Positions 18,026 through 29,600 of a DNA stretch of 64,000 nucleotides are shown one piece after another (the stretch's first letter is position 1; each line of letters starts with the position of its first letter). The position numbers and the translations under genes were made by a program. The notes under the pieces are model-generated. The model had not been told where the DNA came from, made no database searches, and saw only the letters and a list, made by a program, of their open reading frames with translations. Source of the stretch: an uncultured Poribacteria bacterium (GTDB lineage Bacteria > Poribacteria > WGA-4E > WGA-3G); the NCBI GenBank assembly GCA_958296135.2, contig CATQHZ020000001.1:2848001-2912000 (forward strand), written 5' to 3'.

Positions 18026-18798
18026 AGATACTTTTTATCGGAGACATCGTCGGAAATCCTGGGCGAAAAGCTGTCATTGATTTCCTTAAAAGACACCGCG
18101 CCAGTTATGATTTCATCGTGGCGAACGGCGAAAATGCCGCCGGTGGGAAAGGCATCACCTTTGAAATCACTGACGCGCTGTTCGCATTCGGTGTCTCCGC
18201 GATTACTACCGGAAACCACGTTTGGGATAACAAGGAGATTTTTGACTTTATTGAGACAACGCCGCATCTCATCCGGCCCGCGAACTATCCGGCGAAGGTG
18301 CCGGGGCGCGGGTGGACGCTCGTTTCGTCGGCGGACGGCGGGACGAAGTTGGGTATCCTGAACCTTGCGGGGCAGGTTTTCATGAAGGCGTACGCGAATC
18401 CCTTTCACGCGTTGGATGCGATTTTGCCAGCCCTCCAAGCGGAAACAAGGTTTGTGCTGCTTGATTTCCACGCCGAGGCGACTTCAGAGAAAATAGCGAT
18501 GGGGTGGTATGCCGATGGCCGCATCGGCGCGGTTGTTGGCACGCATACGCATGTCCAGACAGCCGATGCGCGCGTCTTACCCCGCGGCACCGCTTACATC
18601 ACGGATGTCGGTATGACCGGGCCTTACGATTCTGTTATTGGTGTCAAAACGGAGCCTATTCTGGAGCGGTTTCTCACGACGATGCCGGTACGGCAGATTG
18701 TCGCCAAAGGCAACGTCAAACTCTGCGCTGTCAGCATCGAATTGGACGACGATACGGGGATGGCCGTCAGCATCGAACCGATGCAATGCCAATTTTAA
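18022..18798 (+). CDS. ymdB: YmdB-family metallophosphoesterase (TIGR00282)
   Basis: GDIVG, NGENAAGG, TGNH, DFHAEATSEK, GTHTH and TDVGMTGP motifs. Confidence 0.93.
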   Translation: MKILFIGDIVGNPGRKAVIDFLKRHRASYDFIVANGENAAGGKGITFEITDALFAFGVSAITTGNHVWDNKEIFDFIETTPHLIRPANYPAKVPGRGWTLVSSADGGTKLGILNLAGQVFMKAYANPFHALDAILPALQAETRFVLLDFHAEATSEKIAMGWYADGRIGAVVGTHTHVQTADARVLPRGTAYITDVGMTGPYDSVIGVKTEPILERFLTTMPVRQIVAKGNVKLCAVSIELDDDTGMAVSIEPMQCQF

Positions 18799-18873
18799 CA
18801 TGGCGAGGGCCAAAAGACGAAGATGTAGGTTGGGGATGTCCAAAACGCTAACGGGATAGTCTTGAAAAAAGAT

Positions 18874-18902
18874 TTGACATTTACGAGGAAACGTGGTATC
18901 AT
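18874..18902 (+). promoter_or_regulatory. Sigma70-type promoter of the xseA operon
   Basis: TTGACA-17 bp-TATCAT with an extended TG. Confidence 0.7.
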
Positions 18903-19018
18903 ACAGATTACTATCGGCACGGCAGTGTTACGCTCGCGAATCCCAAGTGAGGGGTTCTCCGTGCTACCTCGTAACACAGGCGTGATGGGGGTGCTTCTTC
19001 CAGGGGAGTAGGTCACAG

Positions 19019-20245
19019 ATGCAAATAGAATTCCAAATTCCTCGAACGGTCCACAGTGTGAGTGAGATAACGGAGACATTATCCCGCCTCATTCAGGCAC
19101 AGCCGCATCTCCAAAGCGTGTGGGTGCAGGGACAGATTTCAAATTGGGTGCGTTCTTCACCGGGGCATATCTATTTCACGTTGAAAGACGCGAAGAGTCA
19201 AATCAGATGTGTGCTCTTTCGGCCGAATGCCAACCGTCTCTCGTTTCGGCCGCGGGATGGCGATGCGGTGCGCGTCGAGGGCAAAATCAATATCTATGTT
19301 CGGTATGGCGAATATCAGATTAACGTCAACGACATAGAACCGCTCGGCATTGGCGCGTTGCAAAGGGCCTTTGAAGCGTTGAAACAGCGGCTCGCGGACG
19401 AAGGCTTGTTTGACGCGAAGCACAAAAAACCACTCCCAAGGTTTCCGCAGAAAATCGGTGTCGTGACCTCGGAGAAGGGTAAAGCCATTAATGATATCCG
19501 CACGCAATTAGCGAAACGGTATCCGTTGGCGGAATTGTGGCTTTATCCAACGCTTGTCCAAGGTGAACAGGCAGCCGAGCAGATTGCGCATGCAATCCGG
19601 GTCATGAATCAACATGACGATATTGATGTCTTGATAGTCGGCCGCGGTGGCGGCAGCATCGAAGATCTTTGGGCATTTAACGAAGAAAGCGTGGCGCGCG
19701 CCATTTTTGACTCCGCCATCCCTGTCGTCTCCGCCGTTGGCCATCAGCCAGATTTCACCATCGCCGATATGGTGTCAGACAATCGGGCACCGACACCTTC
19801 CGCTGCTGTCGAGAGTATCGTCCCCGACCGGGATGAACTCCTCGTGCAGCTCGGGGGACAGGAATCGCGGCTGCGCCGCAGCGCGACCCAGAACATCAAG
19901 AACCTGAACGGAAAATTGGCAGAGATGCAGACGGCCCTTTCCCCGACGCGCCGAAAAGAAGCAATATACCAACGCTACCAAACGGTAGATAATTTGGAAG
20001 CAGCGTGCCGCGCTACGGGCGAACGCCGACTCAACAATGCCGAACATGCTCTGTATACCCTCGCACAACGCCTGCATACCCTCAGTCCGTTAGGCACCCT
20101 CCAGCGAGGGTATAGTATCAGCCGAGACGAAGACGGCGCGGTCCTCACGGATTCGGGACAGGTTGCGGTGGGCGAACGTATTGAGGTGGAGCTCTCACAA
20201 GGTGCGCTCACCTGCAAAGTTGAAGATAAGAGGCGTACCCCGTAG
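19019..20245 (+). CDS. xseA: Exodeoxyribonuclease VII large subunit
   Basis: GHIYFTLKD, RGGGSIEDLWAFN, SAVGH and APTPSAA motifs. Confidence 0.95.
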   Translation: MQIEFQIPRTVHSVSEITETLSRLIQAQPHLQSVWVQGQISNWVRSSPGHIYFTLKDAKSQIRCVLFRPNANRLSFRPRDGDAVRVEGKINIYVRYGEYQINVNDIEPLGIGALQRAFEALKQRLADEGLFDAKHKKPLPRFPQKIGVVTSEKGKAINDIRTQLAKRYPLAELWLYPTLVQGEQAAEQIAHAIRVMNQHDDIDVLIVGRGGGSIEDLWAFNEESVARAIFDSAIPVVSAVGHQPDFTIADMVSDNRAPTPSAAVESIVPDRDELLVQLGGQESRLRRSATQNIKNLNGKLAEMQTALSPTRRKEAIYQRYQTVDNLEAACRATGERRLNNAEHALYTLAQRLHTLSPLGTLQRGYSISRDEDGAVLTDSGQVAVGERIEVELSQGALTCKVEDKRRTP

Positions 20246-20323
20246 GTAGCCGCAATGAATTGATACCACCGGTAGGCGCGCTTACAACGCGTGCCCGCGG
20301 GAGAACTCTGAGGAAAAACACAC

Positions 20324-20521
20324 GTGACTTTTGAAGAAAAGCTTGAAAGACTTAACAACATCGTTGAACAACTTGAAGCCGGCGACGCGTTAACGCTGGA
20401 CGCATCCCTCACCCTTTTTGAAGAAGGCATCACCCTTGTCCGCGATTGCCGGCAGATGCTAGCATCCGCCGAACTCCGCGTGCAAAACGTGCTAGAACAA
20501 GACCCGCAAGTTGAACCGTAG
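20324..20521 (+). CDS. xseB: Exodeoxyribonuclease VII small subunit
   Basis: TFEEKLERLNNIVEQLE...SLTLFEEG; follows xseA. Confidence 0.92.
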   Translation: MTFEEKLERLNNIVEQLEAGDALTLDASLTLFEEGITLVRDCRQMLASAELRVQNVLEQDPQVEP

Positions 20522-20666
20522 CGTGAGGGAAAACCTGTCCCTCGCAAATGTCTATAGTGCCCCGCTACTTTAAAAACGGAGTCATTGACAACGTCGATGA
20601 TGGATTTGGCAAGGAGAGGCTATTGCACTTGATACATATACGAACGCTTTGCGCCAATACGAAAAA

Positions 20667-22580
20667 ATGTTCTTAGAAAAAATCGACACCCCAGTTGTCC
20701 TCAAAACGTTTGATATTGCCGAACTCAAGACGCTCGCTGAGGAGATGCGCGCCTATCTGCTCGCCGTGCTTTCCGAACATCCTGGGCATTTCGCCCCCAA
20801 CTTCGGCACTGTTGAATTGGCCATTGCGCTGCATACCGTCTTCGATACGCCGCGCGATAAAGTGGTGTGGGACATCGGCCATCAAGCCTATCCGCACAAA
20901 CTGTTGACGGGCCGCAGGGCGGCTTTCCCCACGCTCCGCCAATTGGATGGCATCAGCGGCTTCCTCAGCCGAAATGAGAGCGAATACGATGTGTTCGGTG
21001 CCGGGCATTCTAGCACTTCTATCGCCGCTGCCCTCGGCATTGCGGCCGCCCGCGACTTGACGAACGCCGATTACAAAGTTGTTGCTGTCATTGGCGATGG
21101 CGGCATGACCGGCGGCATGGCACTCGAAGGCTTGAACGCCGCCGGCTCCCTCGGCACCCAGAAAAGTCAGAAGGACCTGCTCGTTATCCTCAACGACAAC
21201 CAGATGTCCATCTCGTCTACTGTCGGCGCGCTCGGGCACCACTTGAAGGCGTACCTTGAAACCTCTAAACATTTTCACACCCTCACTAGTTCGCCGAATT
21301 ACAACTTTCTGCGTTCCGGTGTGAAAGAACTGATGAACCACATCTCTCCGGAGGCCAAGGCACTCGCAAGTAAGGTGGAAGCCGCTTTGAAACCCGGCAC
21401 CCTCTTTGAAGAACTCGGCTTCCGATACTTCGGCCCAATTGATGGCAACGACTTAGACGCGTTAATCCCTGTTCTCACCGGTATTCGCGCGCTCTCCGGC
21501 CCCATTCTGCTTCATCTCTGGACAGAGAAAGGCCGCGGGTATCCCCCTGCCGAAGAAGACCCGGTCGGATTTTACAGCGTGAGCGCGCCTTTTAATCTCA
21601 AAACCGGCAAGACAACGCCGCAAAAATCCCGAACTCCGACGTATACCCAGGTATTCAGCCAAACCTTGACGCAATTGGCACGCCGCGATGCACGCATCGT
21701 CGGCGTAACAGCCGCAATGCCTGGGGGAACGGGACTTGACACATTCGCCCAGACCTTTCCCAACCGATGCTTCGACCTGGGATTAGCCGAGCAATGCGCT
21801 GTCACCTTTGCCGCCGGCCTCGCCACACAAGGACTGCGGCCTGTCGTCGCCATCTATTCGACCTTCCTGCAACGTGGTTATGACCAGGTGTTGCACGATG
21901 TCTGCATCCAAAACCTGCCAGTTATTTTCGCGTTGGATAGAGCCGGACTCGTTGGTGCCGATGGCCCCACGCATCACGGCGTGTTCGATCTTGCCTACCT
22001 CCGCTCAATCCCCAACATCGTTGTCATGGCACCTAAGGATGAGAACGAGTTACAGCATGCGGTAAAAACAGCACTTGAATACCAAGACGGCCCCATCGCC
22101 TTCCGTTATCCGCGCGGCACCGGCATCGGCGTGAAAATGGCCGAAAAACCCAAAGCACTCCCTATTGGCAAAGCTGAGCTTGTCAGAGGGACCGAAGATG
22201 GAACAGCCGACGATATCCTCATTCTCGCCATCGGCAACCGAGTGCATCCTGCACTCACTGCCGCCAAGAGCTTGGAAGAAACCGGCATCTCTGCCGCTGT
22301 CATCAACGCCCGGTTCGTCAAACCGCTAGATACCGGTCTCATCCTGCCGCTCGCTCAACGCATTCGCAAAGTCATTACCGTCGAAGATGGCGTGTTGATA
22401 GGCGGTTTCGGCAGTGCCGTGCTTGAGGCCCTGTCGGCTGCCAGCATCACCGGCGTGCAAGTGAAACGCCTCGGTATCCCCGATGCATTCATTGAACACG
22501 GCGATACTGCCCAACTCCACGCCTTATGCTGCTCTGATGAAAACGCCATCGTCCGCGCCGCCGAGACAATGATGCAGTAG
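20667..22580 (+). CDS. dxs: 1-deoxy-D-xylulose-5-phosphate synthase
   Basis: WDIGHQAYPHK, GAGHSSTS, GDGGMTGG, AEQCAV and DRAGLVGADGPTHHG motifs. Confidence 0.96.
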   Translation: MFLEKIDTPVVLKTFDIAELKTLAEEMRAYLLAVLSEHPGHFAPNFGTVELAIALHTVFDTPRDKVVWDIGHQAYPHKLLTGRRAAFPTLRQLDGISGFLSRNESEYDVFGAGHSSTSIAAALGIAAARDLTNADYKVVAVIGDGGMTGGMALEGLNAAGSLGTQKSQKDLLVILNDNQMSISSTVGALGHHLKAYLETSKHFHTLTSSPNYNFLRSGVKELMNHISPEAKALASKVEAALKPGTLFEELGFRYFGPIDGNDLDALIPVLTGIRALSGPILLHLWTEKGRGYPPAEEDPVGFYSVSAPFNLKTGKTTPQKSRTPTYTQVFSQTLTQLARRDARIVGVTAAMPGGTGLDTFAQTFPNRCFDLGLAEQCAVTFAAGLATQGLRPVVAIYSTFLQRGYDQVLHDVCIQNLPVIFALDRAGLVGADGPTHHGVFDLAYLRSIPNIVVMAPKDENELQHAVKTALEYQDGPIAFRYPRGTGIGVKMAEKPKALPIGKAELVRGTEDGTADDILILAIGNRVHPALTAAKSLEETGISAAVINARFVKPLDTGLILPLAQRIRKVITVEDGVLIGGFGSAVLEALSAASITGVQVKRLGIPDAFIEHGDTAQLHALCCSDENAIVRAAETMMQ

Positions 22581-22755
22581 TGCAGGTGCCGATGGGAGAA
22601 AAATAGCCCCAGGAACGTAGTCATCGAAACGGGCGTGCCTATCAAGATGGGCGAGCTGCGTTGTCAGAGCGACAGACTCGCCGTAATGAGGGATAACGAA
22701 AAAGAATGTCATTGCCCTAACAACGCGTATTGAAGCCTTGCGAACAACAGAAAAC

Positions 22756-23658
22756 ATGCAAACAAAAACACGCATAGACACATTACTCGTGCAGCGCAAA
22801 CTCGTCCAAAGCCGGGAACAAGCCAGACGCTTCATCTTAGCCGGTTCCGTTCGCATCAACGGACAAGCCCAAACCAAACCAGGGAACCGCGTCTCCACTG
22901 ATGCCGACGTTGTCCTGTTGCACCCCCAAAAATACGTCAGCCGCGGCGGTATCAAATTAGAAAAGGCCCTCCGTGTTTTTGACATAGACGTGCAAGAGCG
23001 GGTTGCGCTGGATGTCGGTGCCTCCACCGGTGGCTTCACCGATTGTCTGCTCCAACACGGCGCACAGTTCGTCTACGCCCTCGATGTCGGGTATGGGCAG
23101 CTCGCGTGGAAACTCCGAACCGACCCGCGCGTCAAAACCGTAGAAAAAACCAATATCCGTAGCGTAGCACCAGAATTATTCAGAAATTGCACCAGTAGGA
23201 GAGCCCTCCCAGTCTTGAATCCCCAACATCCTGAGTCCGTAGCGCGAGGGTTTGTCCCTCGCGACGGCTCGCCGTTACACCTCGCTGTCATCGATGTCTC
23301 CTTTATCTCCCTCAGGACAGTTTTGCCCAAGGTTATCGCCCTCGGTCCGCAGGACATCATTGCCCTCATGAAACCCCAATTTGAGGCGGGGCGCGCACAC
23401 GTGAAAAAAGGTGGAATTGTGCCCGATAAACACGTGCATATTGAGACACTCAACAATCTCAGTGCCTTCTGCGCGGAACATCTCACTGCAGGCTTGCAAG
23501 GGTTGACATACTCACCGATCCGCCGCGACATCCGAAACATCGAATACCTTCTCTGGCTGCAACCCGGCGTTCCCGGAAAAACCGAGTCCGCGGAAGAGGT
23601 CGTCCACGCAGCCCATCATCATTTTCAGGTGGGGAGAGAACCGTGCGTCACTTCATAA
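22756..23658 (+). CDS. tlyA: TlyA family rRNA methyltransferase
   Basis: S4 domain; YVSRGGIKL, DVGASTGGFTD, DVSFISL and KPQFE motifs; an insertion precedes DVSFISL. Confidence 0.93.
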   Translation: MQTKTRIDTLLVQRKLVQSREQARRFILAGSVRINGQAQTKPGNRVSTDADVVLLHPQKYVSRGGIKLEKALRVFDIDVQERVALDVGASTGGFTDCLLQHGAQFVYALDVGYGQLAWKLRTDPRVKTVEKTNIRSVAPELFRNCTSRRALPVLNPQHPESVARGFVPRDGSPLHLAVIDVSFISLRTVLPKVIALGPQDIIALMKPQFEAGRAHVKKGGIVPDKHVHIETLNNLSAFCAEHLTAGLQGLTYSPIRRDIRNIEYLLWLQPGVPGKTESAEEVVHAAHHHFQVGREPCVTS

Positions 23659-26600
23659 GACGTTTTATCCAGCGCAAGATTCTATTAGGCATTCTCGCCG
23701 TTTTCAGTCTGACACTCATCGGCGGCGCACTCTTCATCCGTTCAGACGCGTTCCTGAATTGGATAAAACACCGCGCCGAAGCCGAAATCCGCAACCGGAT
23801 AGAGGCTACCTACACCGTAGAGATTGGCAAAATCACCGGGAATGTGCTGACAGGTGTCAAGCTTGATAACATCGCGGTGTTTCCAACCGATGGTACACCT
23901 GACGAGCCTATCTTGGCTCTGCAGCAGCTTGTTCTCAAGTACAACCTATTCGCGCTGCTCCGCCGCAAAGTTGAGGTGACGACACTTGAAATTTCCAAGC
24001 CGCGTCTTCACGCCCAAGTGGAGGCAGGAGGGCATTTCAACCTGACACAACTCTTTAGGTTAGAAGACACCCCCAAGTCCGTAGGGCGAGGGCCTGTCCC
24101 GCGCGATGCCTCGGACAACGGCGTGTCTTCTTGGACATTTGCCGTGCAACGCGTCCGCTGTTCCGATGGCACCCTCCGCTTCTCCGATAGACAGCGCGAC
24201 CTAGACATCACCGTTACCGGCGTTACTCTAGATTTCCGGGGGCCGCTCACCACATGGCATCATCAAGGCACCTTCAGCATCAACAATGGCACCGTCGCCT
24301 TCAACGATGCAGAGACAGCGATAACGGCTTTTGACGCAGATTTTCTCATTGTCGCCAGCGGTGGCCAGTTAACCCAGTTACGTATCAACGTTGGCAACTC
24401 CGTTTTAGACGCGACTGGCAGTTACGATGAAGCCATGAATTGGCGCGCCAACGTTGACATTCAGGTGGATGCCGCCGATATCCAAAAATTCGCGATGCCG
24501 CCGGTGAGGCACATCCCATCTCTTCGAGGCAAAACCCCGGATCCTTTAAACCGCTTTAGAGGTAACATGTTTAGAGGCATTGCGTCCCTTCATATCACAG
24601 CTGAAGGCACACCAGACACGGTATCTGGCATCCTCACTGCGACGGTGCCGCATTTCACAATATCAGGACTCTCCGGTCATTTCACACCTACTGGCGGCGC
24701 GCTGAATATTCGCGATGTAGCAGTGGCGGCAGATTTCAGCACGCATCCTGTCCCAACGTTTGCGCTCAACCGCTTGCAGATGCACGTTGCCGAGGGACTC
24801 TTCCAAGCGAGCGCGCGTATGAAAATAGAACGGAATCGGCTGACTCGGTTACCTGCCTTTGAAGGCAGGTGGCATGCCGCTGGCATCCAACTCGCCGCCA
24901 TTCCGCCGATGCAACCTTTCCGCAACTGGGAGGGCAGCGTCACCACAACCGGCACTTTCAGCGGCAAAGGCACGGACATTAGCGGGCTCCGGCTGGATAG
25001 CATTTTGGAAGTGACAGATACCCTGCTGAACGGTATCCCCGTTGCGGATTCACGTCTTACAGGCACCCTTGTTGCACCGCCGCTAGCAAGGGTTGAGAGA
25101 TTGCAAGGGACAGGCCCGCGCCCTGCGGTTAAAAGCGCGGTTTCAACCCGCGCCTACGGGAGAGTCAGTGAACTCAACGTTATCGGCACACTTGCAGAAG
25201 CGAACGTGTATCTCGGCGGGTTCCTTGGAGAAGATTTGCGTCTCCACGCTACCTCACTCCGTATGGACAAACTGATGGCTATTTTCGGCGGCGCGCCCCT
25301 CAACGGACTTGGGGAGATGAACGCGAAGATTTCAACGAATGGATGGGAGCCGAGATGGACATCGGGCGGTTCTAGCAATCCGCCCTTGAGCGGTTCTATC
25401 GAAATTCCTCATACAACTTTCATGGATGTCCCGATTGGTATGCTGGCAGGCGATTTTCGTTATCAAGATGGACAGGTGTTCGTTGAAAACGGACTCCTGA
25501 CAAAAGGGGATAGCCGCGTCTCCATAGAAGGAACGGTGGATATGGAAGGCGAGCTCCCCGCGAACTTCCGTGTCCTCGCCGAACCGTGCCAAGTCGCCGA
25601 GTATCGGCAGCTCTTATTCGGGAGCGCCGAATATGATGTCACCGGTCTTGTCACTGGCGAACTGATATGTGATGGTTCGCTCACCCGTCTTGACGGTAGA
25701 GGAACGTTTGATGTTACCGAGGGCTACGCTTGGGGTATGCGTTTAGATGCATTAAAGCTCCCATTAGCAATTGAAGACTACGCCATCACTATCGCGGATT
25801 TCCAGATTTCAGCGAGAGAACAGCAGGTAGTGCTGAATTTGGAGATGGCGGCATCCGGCGACTTCGATTTGGACATCCGGAGCCGTGTCCCCGTGCAACT
25901 CGTCGAACTCGTGCGCGCCGCCGATGTCCCAGATTTTCCGATAGATGCAGCCATGGACATCGTCTCTATCGGGACACAGCGGGAAAAGCAATTTAACCTG
26001 GGTGTGGACATCACGCTGGCTGACATCACATACCAAGGTAATCCGCTAACCGATGCCACCCTGCATGGCACCCTCGTTGAACGAGAAAAGGCGACAGGTG
26101 AACCAGACATTTTTCAATTTGTTGGGGAAGCATTTGACGGTGCGAGCCAAATCACCGGCGAAATTAGCACCGCTACCGATAGTCCCTATCACTTCGCCGT
26201 GCAGAGCCGCGCGATGCCTGCCACCCCTATCTTGCGGTGCCTCCATCCGATGCTGGATGCAGTGACAGGCACAGCGGATAGCACGGTTGAAATCACCGGA
26301 ACATTGGCAGAACTTTCGCCTAAGAACAGCTCAAAGTCAGCGAGCGAGCGCGAGGGACAGGCCATTACGTCTAAACGAAAGACATCGGGTGTTGCCTCGC
26401 AAAAGCGCGATGAACGGCACGCGCTACGGACGCAGCGTCGGGTGTATCCCTACGACGTGGATATTACCGTTGAGGCGACAACGCTTCACTATCGGGGTGT
26501 ACCGATGACAAATCCTCACCCTATTCGCCTCCACCTTATTGATGACGTGTGGACGTTCACCGATGTCGCCCTTATCATAGAAGAACGGGCGGATAGAGAC

Positions 26601-29600
26601 ATTCGCAACCCCGGTCAAAAAGTCACCGGCACCTTTTCTGCACGAGATGAAGTGATGGACATTAAAGTAACATCGGCAGGAGTTGCGCTTGAACCCGTAG
26701 GCACAGCGTTCGGCATCCCTATTGATGGCACAGCGCGCTATGAAATGTCTATAAACGGAACGGTGACTGCGCCGAGGCTCGCACTTGAAGTGACGGTGCC
26801 TGAGTTGCGAGTGCAAACGGAATTCGGAGGCATCCTTTTATCCACAGCAGGCGCGCGGGTTCGTTACGAGAATAACTCGGTGCAGATTGAACCGTTCGTC
26901 TTGCAAATCCATGGGAATAAAATAGACGTAGCGGGTGACATTGCTGTGATGCCAGAGGACGTGAACGCATCACGGCTGAACGTGAACCTCCGCGCGCCGC
27001 AGTTGGAACTCGCGAATTATGAGCATTTCATCAGGGACGTTATGCCGCCTGGCATTGACTTATTCGGTGCATCGCGAGGGACAGGCCCTCGCGCTACGGT
27101 TACAGAGGATGTTGGTGTGTCGCGCGGGACAGGCCCTCGCGCTACGGTTACAGGGGATGTCGGTGTGTCGCGCGGGACAGGGCTTCGCGCTACGGTTACA
27201 GGGGATGTCGGTGTGTCGCGCGGGACAGGCCCTCGCGCTACGGGTGCAGCGGATGCGGAAGGGATAACGGGCTCGCTAGACGTTTCCGTAGACGTAACAG
27301 GCAGTCTGGCTGAGCCTCTAATTGCCGTTCAGGCCGGCTCCGCTGCAACCAACCTCTCGGAAATTCGCATCGGCAAGTTTCCACAGCCGATTGTTTTGGA
27401 CGCGCTGCAGGCCAATGTTACACTAAATCGGGAGACGATGCATATCGGCGACGTTGACGCAAACTGGCGGATAGGCGATGCCACTTATCACGCACAAGGC
27501 GAGGCGAGCTTCCCCGGCTCAAGCGAGCGCGAGGGACAGGTTTCTGCGCAACGGCTTGAGGACAGGGGCTTGACACCGCGGTTCGCGTTCACTGTATCCG
27601 CAAATCAGTTGGAGGTAGCCGATTTTGCTGTCCTGTTCCTCAAACAGGCCGAACCGTCGATACACGGCACGCTTTCCGCAGAAGTGGCATTGACAGGGAC
27701 AGGGATATCGCCAGACCGGATTTCGGCAGTGTGCGAGATGCGTTCGCTTAACCTCCGCATTGGCACGGTGGACATCGCTAGCACTGCGCCGCTTACATTT
27801 GCATCAGTCTATGGAAGTCTTGAGGGAAACTTCCCCGCTTTGGCGATAGTCTCACCGCTGATGGAGACACAGTTGAGCGTGGAGCTCGGTGGCACGCACG
27901 CAGCCCCAAACATCACCGCTGATTGGCAGGGCACTTTCTACCACCTCGGCTGGCGCGGCACTGTTGATTACCGTGACGAACACATCACCGTTCATCGCAT
28001 GGAACTCGCCTCGCGGGAAGGGAAGACATTAACGCTGACCGGCGGTATCCCGTTCGATCTTGCGTTGGAAGCCGTGCCGGTAGCGGAACGGTTTTTGGAG
28101 AAACCCATGGCGGTGCGTCTCCGCGGAAACGAACTGCCTCTTGCGTTTTTCCCGCGAGTGGCCGAGGTGATTTCAGAGCACGAAGGCGTTGTCGATATTG
28201 ACATGCGTATCGTTGGCACAACGCGCGCGCCGCGGCTCAGTGGGAGCGTTTCCGTGTTGGCACCGCATCTCCGCTTGAGGGACTTTCCGGAGCCAATTCA
28301 CAACGCAACGCTGCACCTCAAAGCGGGTGAGGATGGGCTTGATTTCACACAATTCCGTTTTGAGAGCGGATCCGGTGACTGCACAGGACAGCACGGCTAC
28401 ATAGGGCTTGACGGCCTCATCCCGAAAGAATTTGCGTTCACAGGGCTGCGCATCCGCCGGTTTCCGCTCGGAGCCCTCGCGCGGCAGGCTGTCCCGTCCG
28501 AGGTGCTAGGGGAGGTTCGCGGACATGTCACCGCCACTCTATCGGAATTCCGAATACCGCTAGATAGTTTTTTCACAGCGGCGATTCCCGGTGTGCTTTT
28601 TCCGCGATTCAGCCGAGTGCCTTCGCTTACTGCACTTGTCGAGGTTGCCACCGCATCAGCGTTAATAGAAGACGTTGACTTCGCCTTTAACGCGGAAGTA
28701 ACGGGCTCAGGCGAGCCTATTCACTATGACTTTCGGAACACAGAGCCCGTGCTGCTCGTGCTAGAGGGAGGCAGTGCACGCCTTGCGCAGGAACTTTTGA
28801 TGAAAGATTTTTCGTATTTGCATGAGGCGTTCGGTAAGGACACGGCGCGCCGTGACGTGCCGATTTTTAGGATAGAGGGTGATTTTTCCGCGCAGCTCAA
28901 CGCGGGTATTCTGCCCTCGGAACTTCAAACGCGATTGCAGAAACGCGCGCCGATGGAAACCTACACGCTCACGAAAAGAGAAGGCTTGTGGCGCGTTGCG
29001 GGTGTGGATGCAAGCATCGGCAACGGCGATGCGGTTTGGAAAAACACCCCTCTCTCTCTGCCTCGCGAAACACAAAAAATCTGGATTTGGCAGCGGGTGC
29101 CGGCCTCTGTTTCCTCACAGAAACAGCCCAAAGGACGGATGCAGATTTTTGAGGCATCCCTTGCGCTTGGCATAGACAGAGAGGCATCTTTTGGGCTCAA
29201 GGCAGATTTCTCGCGGCAACTTGATGCGGGGACGATGCCTGCAGCACTTCGCAGCCAATTGCAGTCCAAAGGGCTTATGCTTCCGGAGACGCTCCGCGTC
29301 GCCAAAATCGACACCCTCTGGCAGGTGCAGGATGAAGAGACCAAACGTCGTTGGACATTCGTCCAAGAGAACGCTTCGCTATCGGTTTTTGAGCACAGCC
29401 TTCAGCTCAGTGTAGATAAGGGGAGCGAAATTCAGGTGGCGGTGTGCGATGTCGTGGGGCGCGTCAAGAATTTTGATGTCTCGCCGCTGACGATGGACTG
29501 GCCTATGGCATATCGGGTGAAAGGGACACTGTCCGCGAGTTTACATATTGGAGACACCGGCGGGGCCCCTCAGATAACGCTCCGGCGGAAAAAGCCGAGG

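Noticed and set aside
18903-19018. 6S RNA or SRP RNA
   Set aside because: Too short for 6S and lacks the SRP GGAA-loop motif.
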